DNA from: Candidatus Falkowbacteria bacterium CG1_02_37_21
GTDB taxonomy: Bacteria > Patescibacteriota > Patescibacteriia > Patescibacteriales > UBA12465
Direction: 5' to 3'
Length of the DNA: 57,827 nucleotides
Assembly (NCBI GenBank): GCA_001871165.1
Contig: MNUT01000024.1
Coordinates: forward strand, 1-57,827
Numbering within the stretch: position 1 is the stretch's first letter; each line of letters begins with the position of its first letter. The position numbers and the translations under genes are program-made. Below are positions 36,245 through 46,900 of this stretch, piece by piece. Below the pieces are notes generated by a model that was not told the DNA's origin, made no database searches, and worked only from the letters and a program-made list of their open reading frames with translations.

Positions 36245-38950
36245 ATGATGAAGAAAAAAATAAAGCCTTGTATTTTATTTTTCGGTTTATCTGGTTTGAT
36301 TATTTCCGGTTTTTTTATTTTACTCATGTCGCCTTCTATCGCTTTCGCTCAAGATTTTGGTATAGATAAGGTATCTAATGCTTTAAATGGTTCTCTTTCT
36401 GTTGCCGCCGACCCACGCCTGATTGTCGGTCGTCTAATTCAAATTGCTTTGAGTTTTTTAGGCGTTATTGCGATTGTGTTAATAATGTATGCCGGATTTA
36501 TTTGGACTACTTCCGGCGGTGAAGAAGAAAAAATAGATAGTGCTAAAAAAATTCTGCGTAATGCTATTATTGGTTTGGCGATTATTATTTCGTCTTGGGC
36601 AATTGCTACTTATGTTTTGACCAGTTTAATGGCGGCGATTGGTGGCGGCGGTGGTGCTAATATTCCTGCCAATAATAATATTAGAATTAGCTCCGGTGCG
36701 GCAGCTTTAGGATCTTGTACAGTTGATACTCTTTATCCGAGTAATGGCGCTAAAGAAATACCGCGTAACACCTCATTGATGGTGACTTTTAAAGAGGATG
36801 TAAATTTGGATGGTCTTTGTGTTAATGATGCTGGGGTGTCTTGTACCTGTAATAACACGACTTGTCGTCAGATTAATCCGGAAGCGGTACAAATTTATAA
36901 GAGTGATTTAGGAAATGCCTGTGCGACTACTTGCCCCAGCCCTAATAGTAATACACTTGATGTTTCATTAAATTTGTCTAATGATCATAAAACTTTGATT
37001 TTAACACCATTAAGTCCTTTGGGATCCTCTGATGATAACACAGACTATTCGGTACGTTTAACAAATAAAGTGAAGAAGATAGACGGTTCCTCAATGTTTA
37101 AAAATTGTGGGTCAGATTTTCTTTATTGGTCTTTTGCCGTCAGTAATCGCTTAGATTTAACTCCACCGGAAGTACTCTTGCAGGGTATCTTTCCTTTACC
37201 TGATAATGAGGGGGATATATCTGGTGTAATGACGCCGGCTTCGTCGGCTGAGGGAGAAATATTGGTTAATAATTGTCCGACAATATATTCTGCGGCCAGT
37301 GTTATAAATATTGCGCCAAATACGGCGACAGTTATTTTAGATTATCATGGTAGTATCCCCCAATTTAAAATAAGTGTTCCGTCTGACGTACCGGACAAAG
37401 CACAACTTTTTGATAATGATGGTAATCTTTTGGGTGTTTCTGATTTTGATTCTGATGGCCAAATAATTTTTAAGACTTACCTTACCTTAACTGCCGTTAG
37501 TCATCCAGCCGGAAGCTCATGGACCGTTAATATTAATCCTGAACAATTAGCTGATACTCTTACAGTTGGTAGTGAGATTTATACATTTGCGAGGTCCATG
37601 GCCAATAATAATATTTTTGTACCAGGAACTTGTAATATTGTTCAGCAAGCCGTTAATATTCGTGCTAAATTAAGTGGTAGTGACGTAGTAGATGTTAGTC
37701 GGACGGGCAATCAGGTGCATTTAATAGCTAAAGTAGCCGGTGTGGCCGGTAATAATATTGTTGTGACCACTACAAACCCTGCCGCTCTAGCCATTACGTC
37801 TTTAGGCGGCGGGACTGATCGGTCTGAGTTTAAGCAGGCCCAGGATAAACCCGATCGTCCGATGAATTCCGTTATTCAAATTAATTTTAGTGAACCGATT
37901 AATCCGGTTACGATTTCCGGATCGGCTGCGGAAGTGGCTGACTATATTCGCGTAGTTAATGCCAGTGCCTCTAGTACTCCGGCAGGAGCGGTTTGCAGTG
38001 AGGACAAACAATGTTTGTCTTATAAATGTGAAGGTGGTGTTTGTCGGGGCGATTACTTGGCTGGTAAATTTATAGTCAGTAACGCCTATAAAACTTTAGA
38101 ATTTATTTCCGATAAAGAATGTGGCGTTAATGGTTGTGGTGAACAAATCTATTGTTTGCCCCCTAATAGTCATTTAAAACTAAATTTGGTGGCGGCTAAT
38201 TTAAAATCTTGTGACAGCGATACTGACTGTTTATCCAACAGTCCTTATACGCAGTGTTTGAATACGACTTTGGGTTATAAAACTTGTCAAAATCCCTTGG
38301 GCCAAAATTATCCAACGGCTAATTTGAGTAATTTGGATGGTATTGTGGACGCGGCGGCTAATTCCTTTGACGGTGATCGTAGCCAGACGGCGGAAGGACC
38401 TCTGGGTTTTTATAATGATAATTACCCGACCGCTACTAGCACCGTGACTCGTGACAAATATCAGTGGTCTTTTTACATTGGTGATAAGATTAATTTAACT
38501 TCACCTAAGATTACGTCTATTAGCCCTCTACCATCTAGTTTGAATGTTGGCGTATTGACACCGGTGGAAGTTACTTTTAATACCTTAATGCTAAATAGTA
38601 GTCTTCGTACCGGACAAGTAACCGTAAAAAGTGGTGACTCTACGGTTAAGCATAAATTAATTAATTTGCGAAGCTCTGTTCCTTCGCCTTTGGGTTATTG
38701 GGTGGAAAGTGACAATAAAGATGTGATGCCTTTAGACGGAGAGCCGGATATTACTGTCGCTAAAATTTCTCATACTCCTTTTAGTGAGTCCGTCACTTTA
38801 ATTTCTCAGATTGGTTCTGGCGTAAAAGATATTTATCAAAATTGTTATAAGCCTAGCGCCGGTCCGGATTGTAATTCCACCGCCGGACAACCATCTTGTT
38901 GTTTTGGTAGTCCCACCGCCACGTTAGGGGCAGACGGTAATTGTCAATAA
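36245..38950 (+). CDS. Giant surface protein A: signal peptide + VirB2/TrbC-like two-TM pilin hairpin + Gly linker + Ig-like (Big_5/SbsA-like) and Cys-rich extracellular domains
   Basis: 901 aa. The signal peptide ends AFA/QD. TM1 IALSFLGVIAIVLIMYAGFIW, loop TSGGEEEKIDSAKKILRNA, TM2 IIGLAIIISSWAIATYVL, then GGGGG. Three P.NG...V.VTF-type Ig-like segments and many Cys. Confidence 0.8.
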   Translation: MMKKKIKPCILFFGLSGLIISGFFILLMSPSIAFAQDFGIDKVSNALNGSLSVAADPRLIVGRLIQIALSFLGVIAIVLIMYAGFIWTTSGGEEEKIDSAKKILRNAIIGLAIIISSWAIATYVLTSLMAAIGGGGGANIPANNNIRISSGAAALGSCTVDTLYPSNGAKEIPRNTSLMVTFKEDVNLDGLCVNDAGVSCTCNNTTCRQINPEAVQIYKSDLGNACATTCPSPNSNTLDVSLNLSNDHKTLILTPLSPLGSSDDNTDYSVRLTNKVKKIDGSSMFKNCGSDFLYWSFAVSNRLDLTPPEVLLQGIFPLPDNEGDISGVMTPASSAEGEILVNNCPTIYSAASVINIAPNTATVILDYHGSIPQFKISVPSDVPDKAQLFDNDGNLLGVSDFDSDGQIIFKTYLTLTAVSHPAGSSWTVNINPEQLADTLTVGSEIYTFARSMANNNIFVPGTCNIVQQAVNIRAKLSGSDVVDVSRTGNQVHLIAKVAGVAGNNIVVTTTNPAALAITSLGGGTDRSEFKQAQDKPDRPMNSVIQINFSEPINPVTISGSAAEVADYIRVVNASASSTPAGAVCSEDKQCLSYKCEGGVCRGDYLAGKFIVSNAYKTLEFISDKECGVNGCGEQIYCLPPNSHLKLNLVAANLKSCDSDTDCLSNSPYTQCLNTTLGYKTCQNPLGQNYPTANLSNLDGIVDAAANSFDGDRSQTAEGPLGFYNDNYPTATSTVTRDKYQWSFYIGDKINLTSPKITSISPLPSSLNVGVLTPVEVTFNTLMLNSSLRTGQVTVKSGDSTVKHKLINLRSSVPSPLGYWVESDNKDVMPLDGEPDITVAKISHTPFSESVTLISQIGSGVKDIYQNCYKPSAGPDCNSTAGQPSCCFGSPTATLGADGNCQ

Positions 38951-38952
38951 TT

Positions 38953-41900
38953 ATGATGAAAAAAATTGGACGACAACTAGTTGGTGTTTTCATTCTCCTG
39001 GGCGTTTTCTTGTTCGCGCAATTTACTTTTGCTCAGGGCTTTGGCATAAATGAAGTCTCCAACGGCCTGAATGGATCTTTGGCTACTGCCGATCCGCGAG
39101 AGTTGGCGGTACGTATTATCAATATCGCCTTAGGTTTTCTGGGAATTATTGCTGTCTCCTTAACACTTTATGCTGGATATCTTTGGATGAGCTCAGCCGG
39201 CGATGAAGAAAAAATTGAAGATGCCAAGAAAATTTTACGTAACGCTGTTATCGGATTGGTAATTATTTTATCATCTTGGGCTATTGCCACTTTTTTAATT
39301 ACAAAACTGGGAGGAGCGATTGGCCCTAACACCGGCGGTTGTTTTGAAGGACAAATTTCTTCTTGTGGTTGTGGTGGTTCCATGGTTTGCACTGGCGGTT
39401 CTTTCGGTGCTTGTGTCGGCTCGGATTGCAGCGGCGGAGGAATTACGCCTTCCAGTTGCGACGGCAGTGCTAATCCTGGTTGTCAGGCAACAAGCCAAAT
39501 TTGTTCTACGGACGATTATTGCGATGCTGATAGCTGCGCTTGTAAGCCTAAGGGTTCCTTAGGAGATTCTTGTGATACCGATACGACTAACGCCACTTGT
39601 GATGCTGACAACAATCTCTGTTCCGAATATTTATCTTGCAGTGCCGATAGTTGTACTTGCGTCGGTCAGCCGGTTATTACCGGACTCAGTCCGGTGGGCG
39701 GTTTTTGTACTGAAGATCTAAATAAATCTTGTGTTACTGATGATGATTGTGCGGAAGTATGTGATCTGACGACGCCAAACGGTGCGACTGATAATTTTGT
39801 GACAATTTTAGGTAAGAACTTTGGTGAATATTCTGCTACTTCCAGTAAAGTAGTCTTTAGCGGAGCAGATCACACCCTCTTGACTAGTGTTGATGGTCGT
39901 CAACCGAACTCTTTAAATATTGCCTGCATTAATACTTGGCGAGACAACCAAATTGTTATTGCTATTCCCAGCGGTGCCGACTACGGTCCTTTGGCAGTGG
40001 TTAATCAAGATGGACAATCTGACACGACTAATAATGACTATGGTCCGGCCTTAGAAGATTTTCAAAAAAATAATATTACACGACCCGGTTTATGTTATCT
40101 TAATCCTCAGGCCGGAGTTTTAAGTTCTCAAGTTGCTTATCAGGGTATTAATCTTTATTCTAGTGAGGCTTACTTTGGTAATTATCAAACTAATGTCGCA
40201 GCACTAGACTCGCAGTTTATTAATAGTGCCGGCTTAACGGGGACTTCCACCATTCCGAATATTAAATCGGGAAATTCTGGCAGTTTTGTTCAGAATATTT
40301 CTAACGGTCAACCGGAAAAAAGTAATTATTTACTTTTCACTAAACAATCAGAACCCGGCTCCGGCCCTTTTATTTCCAGTTTTTACCCCACCGCCGGTGT
40401 CGCCGGACAATACGTTACTATTAGAGGTAAGGGCTTTGGTGGCGCGCGTGGTTTAAATCATGTTTATTTTGGTAGTTTAGAAGCGGCTTATGATTTTCCC
40501 GATGTATGTTTAAATTCGGTTTGGAAAGATGATCAGATTATTGTTAAAGTCCCGACTGGTTTGAGTAACGGTTATCAAGCGATTCAAGTGAAAATTGGTA
40601 TTACTACGATTGATACGCAAGAATTAAACCCCAATACTTTTCAAACGGATGATAGTTTAGCGCTTAAGTCTAGTTTATGTAAAATTGATCCAGAACGAGG
40701 TCCGCCCGCTACGCCGGTAACTTTGTGGGGAGAATATTTCGGTGGTGTTAATAGTGAAGGTTTAGTTAAATTTAATTTAGAAAAAATTGCCACCGGTACT
40801 ATTAAAAGAAGCGGACAAGCCGATATGATAGAAACCGCTGTGCCGGTTGGAGCTGTATCTGGCCCGGTTAAGGTTGTTAATAATAGTACTTCGGGAAATG
40901 AACTTAATTTTAATGTCGGGCAATGTAAAGTGGATGCCGATTGTGGGGATCAGGTTTGTTGCCCGGTTAATACTTATAAAGAAGGGCGTTGTGTTAATAC
41001 CATAACCGACTGTATATCCGACATTCCGACCTCTGTCTTTGAATGGAAATTTAGTACCGGTTTTGGTACTTGTGTCGGTCCGAATTGTGATGATCCTTGT
41101 AGAGATTTTACTACCGCGGAAGAATGCAGTCAGCAAACGGCTTGTTGTTTTGATTCCAAGGCAACAGATGATTTAACAGATGATTCTTGTCGTTCCGGTA
41201 GTGCAATTAGTTCCGGTGCCGATCAGGGTTATTGCGCTTATTATAATTGTGATGCCGTGAATATTACGCAATGTGCCACTTCTACTCCTTTAAAAATTGG
41301 TTCTTATTTTGGTCAGGCTGATTGTATTACGGAATGTGTTAAAGATGATCCTTGTTCTTCTTTGACTAGTGTAGCTACTTGTCGGCAAAATAGTCGCTGC
41401 TGTTTTGATGCCAATAAAACTATTGATGCCGCTGACGATGTTTGTAGTTTAGGCGACGCGATTAGTTCCGGCGCTGACCAGGGTTATTGCGCTTATTATG
41501 ACTGTGATGCTGTTGATACTACTTTATGTGCTACTTCCACTCCTATCAAAGTTGGTACTTATAGTAGTATAAGTTCTTGTGATCGTTCATGTTGGACTCC
41601 TCCCAGTGGAGCCGGATTGTCATGCGCCGGCGCTACTGTTAGTTCTACGTGTGATACTACTGTCTGTAATTATCTTGGTTTAAGTTGTCTTACGTCTGAC
41701 GGCAGCTTTAATGCTACCGGTCCGGACTGTGGTACTTGTTGCTGTCAGCCGGGAACGATTGATGAGTTAACCGGTTGGAAATGTTTGGCTGATAAAGGAA
41801 ATTGTGATGGAGTTAATCGTGGTTTATTCTGCGGCTGCTCTAGCGATGATGAATGCGGAGCCAAGGAAACTACCGGTTGTGGCGTTGATACTTGTTGTAC

Positions 41901-43923
41901 GGCGCGACCAGAAATAACCGCTACTAACCCGCCTCATTTGGCCGATCAGGTTTGTCGTAATGCCGTGATTCAAGCTACTTTTAACGAAGCCATGAGTGCG
42001 GCTAGTTTTGATAATAATGTTTTGCTCCTGGAGGAAAGAAATTATGGTAACGGAGTTTGTCCGGCCGGCTCTTTTGTCGCGCAAGCTAATTCGGTAGTTG
42101 ATATTTTAGAACAAAAAAATAAAAATTGGTTAGCGAAACTTTGGGATAATTTGTTCGTTCTTGTTACAGGTTGGGGTGAGCGTTGGAACACTCGCGCCTT
42201 GGCGGGTGTGCCTGACCCTAATAAACTTTACTGTTCTGTCGCCGGAACTGTTTCTGTTGAAAATAAAACAAATAGTGCTATTTTGAGTTTTGCGCCGCAA
42301 CGTTTGTTATCTTCCGCTGCTAATTACTACTTTGTTATTAAAGGTGATGAAGCCTTAAATAGTAAGACGGGAGTCTTGAGTGCGCAGGCTGTTGGCTTCA
42401 ACGGTTTAGGTTATCTTGACCCCGCCACTAATGCTTATGTGGAAGGTAATTTAATTCAATTAAATAGTGTTAATTACATAAATTCGCATATTATTAAATT
42501 TACTACCTTATCGGAACAAAGTGGTAATTCCGGTATTTGTAATATTGATGAGGTAAAAGTTAGTCCGGAGTCTTATCTGTTTAAGACTACAGCCAATGAT
42601 TTAAACGAAAAAGATGATCGAGTCAATAATATTACTTTTGACACTGTCTCTGATCGTGATAAAGTTTTTACTGCTAACGCTTACAGTGATGATGGACAAA
42701 TTTTACAACCGGTAGCTGGTTATACTTGGGATTGGGATTTTCAGGTAGCGGACCCTGGTATTGTTAGCCTAGGTTCGGCGATTAGTTTACCAAATAATAA
42801 AATGTTAGTGACGGCTACTACCGGACAGACAGACGCCTTAACTAAAGTTACGGCCACTATCAATATGGATAGGTTTATCAGCCCCGTGTGTCTTAATAAT
42901 TGTAATGTTTATACTGGTGGTGATGGTTTTAATAAGGCGGCCGATATTTATGTATTTTTATGTAATAATCCTTGGCCGCCGGTAGCTGCTAACGGCACTT
43001 GGTCGCCGTGGTCTGATACTTGTCAAAATGCTTTGGGTAATAATTGTGTTAATTATAATTATAAGTTTTATTATTGTCGTGATGCCGGTGCGAGTGGCAC
43101 CTTAGATGATTTGCCGGCGATTATTAATGAAGCGATTATCCGCGGTGTCAGTTCTAATTTAATTTGTAGTACCGATCGTTCCAGTTGTTCTACAGCTAAT
43201 AATCCTTGTGGGCAGGATGAAAATGGTGATGGCATTGGTGACGGTTTATGTTTATGGAATGTGTTGAAAGAATCTTATTTCTTTCGTGAAAAAATACTTT
43301 CCGGCGGTGAGCTGTTAAGTGCTACTAGCCTGAGTACAGGTAATACCGTTCAGGTTAATTGGCGTTCTAAGGCTGATCAAGTAGCTTCTTATAAAATTTA
43401 CTATTTGATGTCTGATCAGGGCACCATGTTATCTAAGACAGTAAAAGCTAGTGATGCTTGTAGCGTGGCTGGCGATGTTAATACCTGTCAGACCGTTATT
43501 GATGGTTTAACTAATAAACAGGCCTATATTTTTAAAGTTAGTGTCATCTCTGTTAATGGCACAGAAAGTCAATTATCTAATGAATTAACAGCGACTCCGA
43601 TTGACAGAATAAGACCGGCCACTCCGCTTAACTTTCGAGCGGTGGCCAGTACCTCTGCTTTAAAGTTTACGTGGTCGGCTAATACCGAAGAGGCCGTAAC
43701 GTCTCGCCTTTATCACGGTATTAAATCCGGTTTTTATGGAGAATCATTTGATTCCGTACTTAGTGGAACTAGTTTAAGTTTTCCGATTAGCCAGTTTGCT
43801 ACCAGTAGTCCTCATTATTTTATTTTGTCGGCTTTAGACGCGAGTGATAATGAAAGTGCTAAATCGGCAGAATGGAAATGTTTGAATGGCGTTTGTTCAA
43901 TAGTTATTGTTGTTCAACAATAG
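38953..43923 (+). CDS. Giant surface protein B: signal peptide + paralogous VirB2/TrbC-like hairpin + Cys-rich modules + IPT/TIG-like repeats + tandem 85-aa Cys repeats + C-terminal FN3-like domains
   Basis: About 1656 aa from the ATG at 38953, 2 nt after the upstream stop; the track's TTG at 38941 is rejected. The N-terminus is nearly colinear with protein A. TIG-like: PVITGLSP..TILGKNFG and PFISSFYPTAGVAGQYVTIRGKGFG. FN3-like C-terminus. Confidence 0.8.
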   Translation: MMKKIGRQLVGVFILLGVFLFAQFTFAQGFGINEVSNGLNGSLATADPRELAVRIINIALGFLGIIAVSLTLYAGYLWMSSAGDEEKIEDAKKILRNAVIGLVIILSSWAIATFLITKLGGAIGPNTGGCFEGQISSCGCGGSMVCTGGSFGACVGSDCSGGGITPSSCDGSANPGCQATSQICSTDDYCDADSCACKPKGSLGDSCDTDTTNATCDADNNLCSEYLSCSADSCTCVGQPVITGLSPVGGFCTEDLNKSCVTDDDCAEVCDLTTPNGATDNFVTILGKNFGEYSATSSKVVFSGADHTLLTSVDGRQPNSLNIACINTWRDNQIVIAIPSGADYGPLAVVNQDGQSDTTNNDYGPALEDFQKNNITRPGLCYLNPQAGVLSSQVAYQGINLYSSEAYFGNYQTNVAALDSQFINSAGLTGTSTIPNIKSGNSGSFVQNISNGQPEKSNYLLFTKQSEPGSGPFISSFYPTAGVAGQYVTIRGKGFGGARGLNHVYFGSLEAAYDFPDVCLNSVWKDDQIIVKVPTGLSNGYQAIQVKIGITTIDTQELNPNTFQTDDSLALKSSLCKIDPERGPPATPVTLWGEYFGGVNSEGLVKFNLEKIATGTIKRSGQADMIETAVPVGAVSGPVKVVNNSTSGNELNFNVGQCKVDADCGDQVCCPVNTYKEGRCVNTITDCISDIPTSVFEWKFSTGFGTCVGPNCDDPCRDFTTAEECSQQTACCFDSKATDDLTDDSCRSGSAISSGADQGYCAYYNCDAVNITQCATSTPLKIGSYFGQADCITECVKDDPCSSLTSVATCRQNSRCCFDANKTIDAADDVCSLGDAISSGADQGYCAYYDCDAVDTTLCATSTPIKVGTYSSISSCDRSCWTPPSGAGLSCAGATVSSTCDTTVCNYLGLSCLTSDGSFNATGPDCGTCCCQPGTIDELTGWKCLADKGNCDGVNRGLFCGCSSDDECGAKETTGCGVDTCCTARPEITATNPPHLADQVCRNAVIQATFNEAMSAASFDNNVLLLEERNYGNGVCPAGSFVAQANSVVDILEQKNKNWLAKLWDNLFVLVTGWGERWNTRALAGVPDPNKLYCSVAGTVSVENKTNSAILSFAPQRLLSSAANYYFVIKGDEALNSKTGVLSAQAVGFNGLGYLDPATNAYVEGNLIQLNSVNYINSHIIKFTTLSEQSGNSGICNIDEVKVSPESYLFKTTANDLNEKDDRVNNITFDTVSDRDKVFTANAYSDDGQILQPVAGYTWDWDFQVADPGIVSLGSAISLPNNKMLVTATTGQTDALTKVTATINMDRFISPVCLNNCNVYTGGDGFNKAADIYVFLCNNPWPPVAANGTWSPWSDTCQNALGNNCVNYNYKFYYCRDAGASGTLDDLPAIINEAIIRGVSSNLICSTDRSSCSTANNPCGQDENGDGIGDGLCLWNVLKESYFFREKILSGGELLSATSLSTGNTVQVNWRSKADQVASYKIYYLMSDQGTMLSKTVKASDACSVAGDVNTCQTVIDGLTNKQAYIFKVSVISVNGTESQLSNELTATPIDRIRPATPLNFRAVASTSALKFTWSANTEEAVTSRLYHGIKSGFYGESFDSVLSGTSLSFPISQFATSSPHYFILSALDASDNESAKSAEWKCLNGVCSIVIVVQQ
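41092..41601 (+). repeat. Tandem in-frame 255-nt (85-aa) Cys-rich coding repeat, 2 copies
   Basis: DPCRDFTTAEECSQQTACCFDS...SSGADQGYCAYYNCDAVNITQCATSTPLKIGSY aligns with DPCSSLTSVATCRQNSRCCFDA...SSGADQGYCAYYDCDAVDTTLCATSTPIKVGTY. The copies start at 41092 and 41347. Confidence 0.85.
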
Positions 43924-43946
43924 CATTAGCATTTATATAAATATCT

Positions 43947-46900
43947 ATGCATATGAAAGGCATTAAAAAAATAGCCATGATGATGGGATTGATTTTAGTT
44001 TTGTCATTTCTGGTTGTCGCCCATAACTCTGATGCTCAAGACAACAGCCCGGATGCTATTGCCATCCGCATTATCCCTAATCCCAATCATTATAGTATCA
44101 GTCGTTGGTATACCAGTCAGAATTTTACCGGTTCACCGCAAGCTCTGACGGTTGATGGTTATGAGGCTATTCGTGACGGTCGGACTGTTTATGTTAATGC
44201 CGCTAATATTGATCCAACTTCTCGCACCATTTATACTAATATTTATTTGATTTCTTATAATCAAGAGTCTGAAGCAAAAACGGTTGATATTCTCGGTCAA
44301 ATTATTTCTCACTGGAAGTTTAATGATAATATTATAGAGAATAATAGTCCCGCCCCCAGTTGTTCTATTTCTTCTTTGAATTGTAAATCCGACAGTGATT
44401 GCGGTAGCGGTCAGAGTTGTGCTTTAGCCGGACCTTTAGCGGGGTCTTGCGTATTAAATAATTTAAAAAATTGTAGTGCTGATTCTGATTGTCCGGCTAA
44501 TTTTTTCTGCGATGGCTTGAAGGCTAAAATAACACGTGATATTAAGCGTGTCGGACGCTTAGAGGAAATAAGAGGGGCTCTTTATAATTTTAAGCAAACA
44601 AATAAACGATACCCGACTTTACTGGCTGGAACTTATTTAACGAATAATAGCTTGTCGGTCTGGCCCAGCTGGAAGCAAGTGTTATTGTCGGATTTAGCTG
44701 TTAGTAATAGTTTTGTTGACCCGATTAATAAGTTGGGTAAATGCGTAATTGATCTGGTCGTTAAAAATGGTCGCGATTATAGTGCTACCACTGCTGCTTG
44801 TAATTTAAATAGTGGTGTCACTACCGCTTCTTGCAATAATGCTACCTGGGATTATAATTTTCAGATGAATGGTGGTGATTATCGTTTATGGGTAGAGACT
44901 GCTAATAATAACACTGGCGGGATATATGGTGATTTAAGCTCAGCCCCAGCTCTATTTGCTTTCGGAGAAAATTTTTGTCCCGAGCCGGGCATTCAACATC
45001 ATCTTCTAGTTTATGTAGATAATGTTTTAAAAGGGTCAGCTTGTAATCCGGCTGTTAATCCCAATGAGTCACGGCAAACAGCTTATGTTGACTTAGGGCA
45101 TTTAGATGCTGGTAGCCATTCTGTTAGGATTAAATGGGATAATGATTGGCAATATAATCCCGATGGTGTTTGGGGTAATGCTGATGACGCTGATTCTAAT
45201 CTTAAAATTTATCGTTTAGGTTTAACTACTTCTGATTCTTTTGATATAGAAACTTGTTGGGATCAAAATTCTAAAAGTTTTGCTTATAGTTCTGTTAACG
45301 GTCCTTTAACCTTACCGCCCGATAGTTATGCTTTTGCCTACGTTAGTGATTCAGAAGGCTCTGATTATAGTCTGTGTGCCACTTTAGAAAGTCGTAGTCC
45401 AAGTTTAGCTTATTCTTTTGGACCTTTTGATTTAGCAGATTCGGCTTGTGCTTTTGCTTCGGGAGTGAGTGTTGGCGGGCAAGCAGGTAATTCCGCCCCT
45501 TCAATAGTTAGTCAATCTTTAGGGGCTGAAGCTCATCAGCCCTTTAATGGTTATATTCAAGCGACGGATGCCGAAGGAGATTTATTGACTTGGTCAATTT
45601 TAAATTCTAGTCCCGGGACCTGGTCAAGTTGGCAGAGCCCGAGTGGTCAGAACCAGCCTCCGGTCTTGCAAGATACCAGTAATCCTTATCAGAAAAAAGT
45701 TTATGCTCCATTTGCCGGTGATCCTGGTACTTATAGTCTTAGATTATCCATTAACGATGGTCAAGGGGGCATTTTAAGCACCACCACCCCAATTACTATT
45801 ATTTCTCCGTCCATTTCCTTGAGCGCCGAGAACACGGAGTACGCTTTAGATTCGGGTTCATCTTTTAGTTATGTTATTTCCTTTGCCAGTAATAGTCTTA
45901 ACAATCCTAGCACAGCTTATAGCGTCCAAAAAACAGCGGGCCCCCTTGATATTTTAGCCGGATTAACGAAAAGTTTTATTAATTTGGGTAATGGTCAATA
46001 TCAAGTTAAATATGACGGGGATATCTCTCCTGCTACGGTTAATAACGATACAGTTTTTGCTTATAAGTTTAGTGTTACTGACAGTTATAATAAAACAGCC
46101 ACTAAAAATTTTAATGTTACTCTAAAAGTGGCTAGTGTTCCTAGTTTAAATTTTTCTTGTGTTGATATGATACGCGTTGGAGAACAATATAGTTGTATTT
46201 TAGGTCCGACTATGCAAGGGGAATCTGAGATTAATTATGTAGCGAGTGGTTTACCGAACGGCTTAAGTCAAGATTTAGGTGTTATCACCGGGGCGCCAAA
46301 TTCTTCCGCTCCCGGTATTTATACCGTGAACGTGACGGCTGCTAATAGTTTTGGTGCAGTTATCACTAAGTCATTTTCATTAAAAGTAAATAATTTTTGT
46401 GGTGATGGTATTAGACAACAACCTAATACCGAGGGACGGGGTGGCCCAGCTAATAATGGTCAAGAGAGTTGCGACGGCAGTAGCGGGGTAACAACTAGCC
46501 CTACCGCCAGTAGAGTTAATTTGCAATACGCTTGTAATAGCAGTCTTTGCATTTATAAATCTCCTATTAATGGTGGCGGTTATTGCGGTGACGGCTATTG
46601 TCAGCTGAGAATTAATGGCCAAGATGTAGAGAATCATAGTAATTGTTCAGTGGATTGTGATGCGGCGTCTTTACCCTGCACACCTTCTTGCGTCGGTAAG
46701 TGTTTCGGTGCCAGTGATGGCTGTACTGGCACTTGTCCTGATAATGGAGCTAATAGTGCCTGTACAAGTGGTGAGTCTATTTTTTGTTCTGACTTAGTAG
46801 GCCCGGGATATGCTGGCAGCGCTCTTTGTAAGAGTGATTGTTCTGGTTTTGATATTAATAGCTGTGGCGCTTGTAACCCTTCTTGTACTGGTGTATGTGC

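Noticed and set aside
38045-38053. RGD tripeptide (GGVCRGDYLAG) in giant protein A as an integrin-type adhesion motif
   Set aside because: A tripeptide is expected by chance in about 3700 aa of surface proteins, and there is no supporting context.
38941-38952. Track-predicted TTG starts at 38941, 47351, 34332, 16668 and 4035
   Set aside because: - Each overlaps the upstream gene or a terminator.
- In each case an in-frame ATG follows closely (38953, 47372, 34371, 16701, 4050) and gives a better N-terminus: a signal peptide, an SD context or a conserved start.
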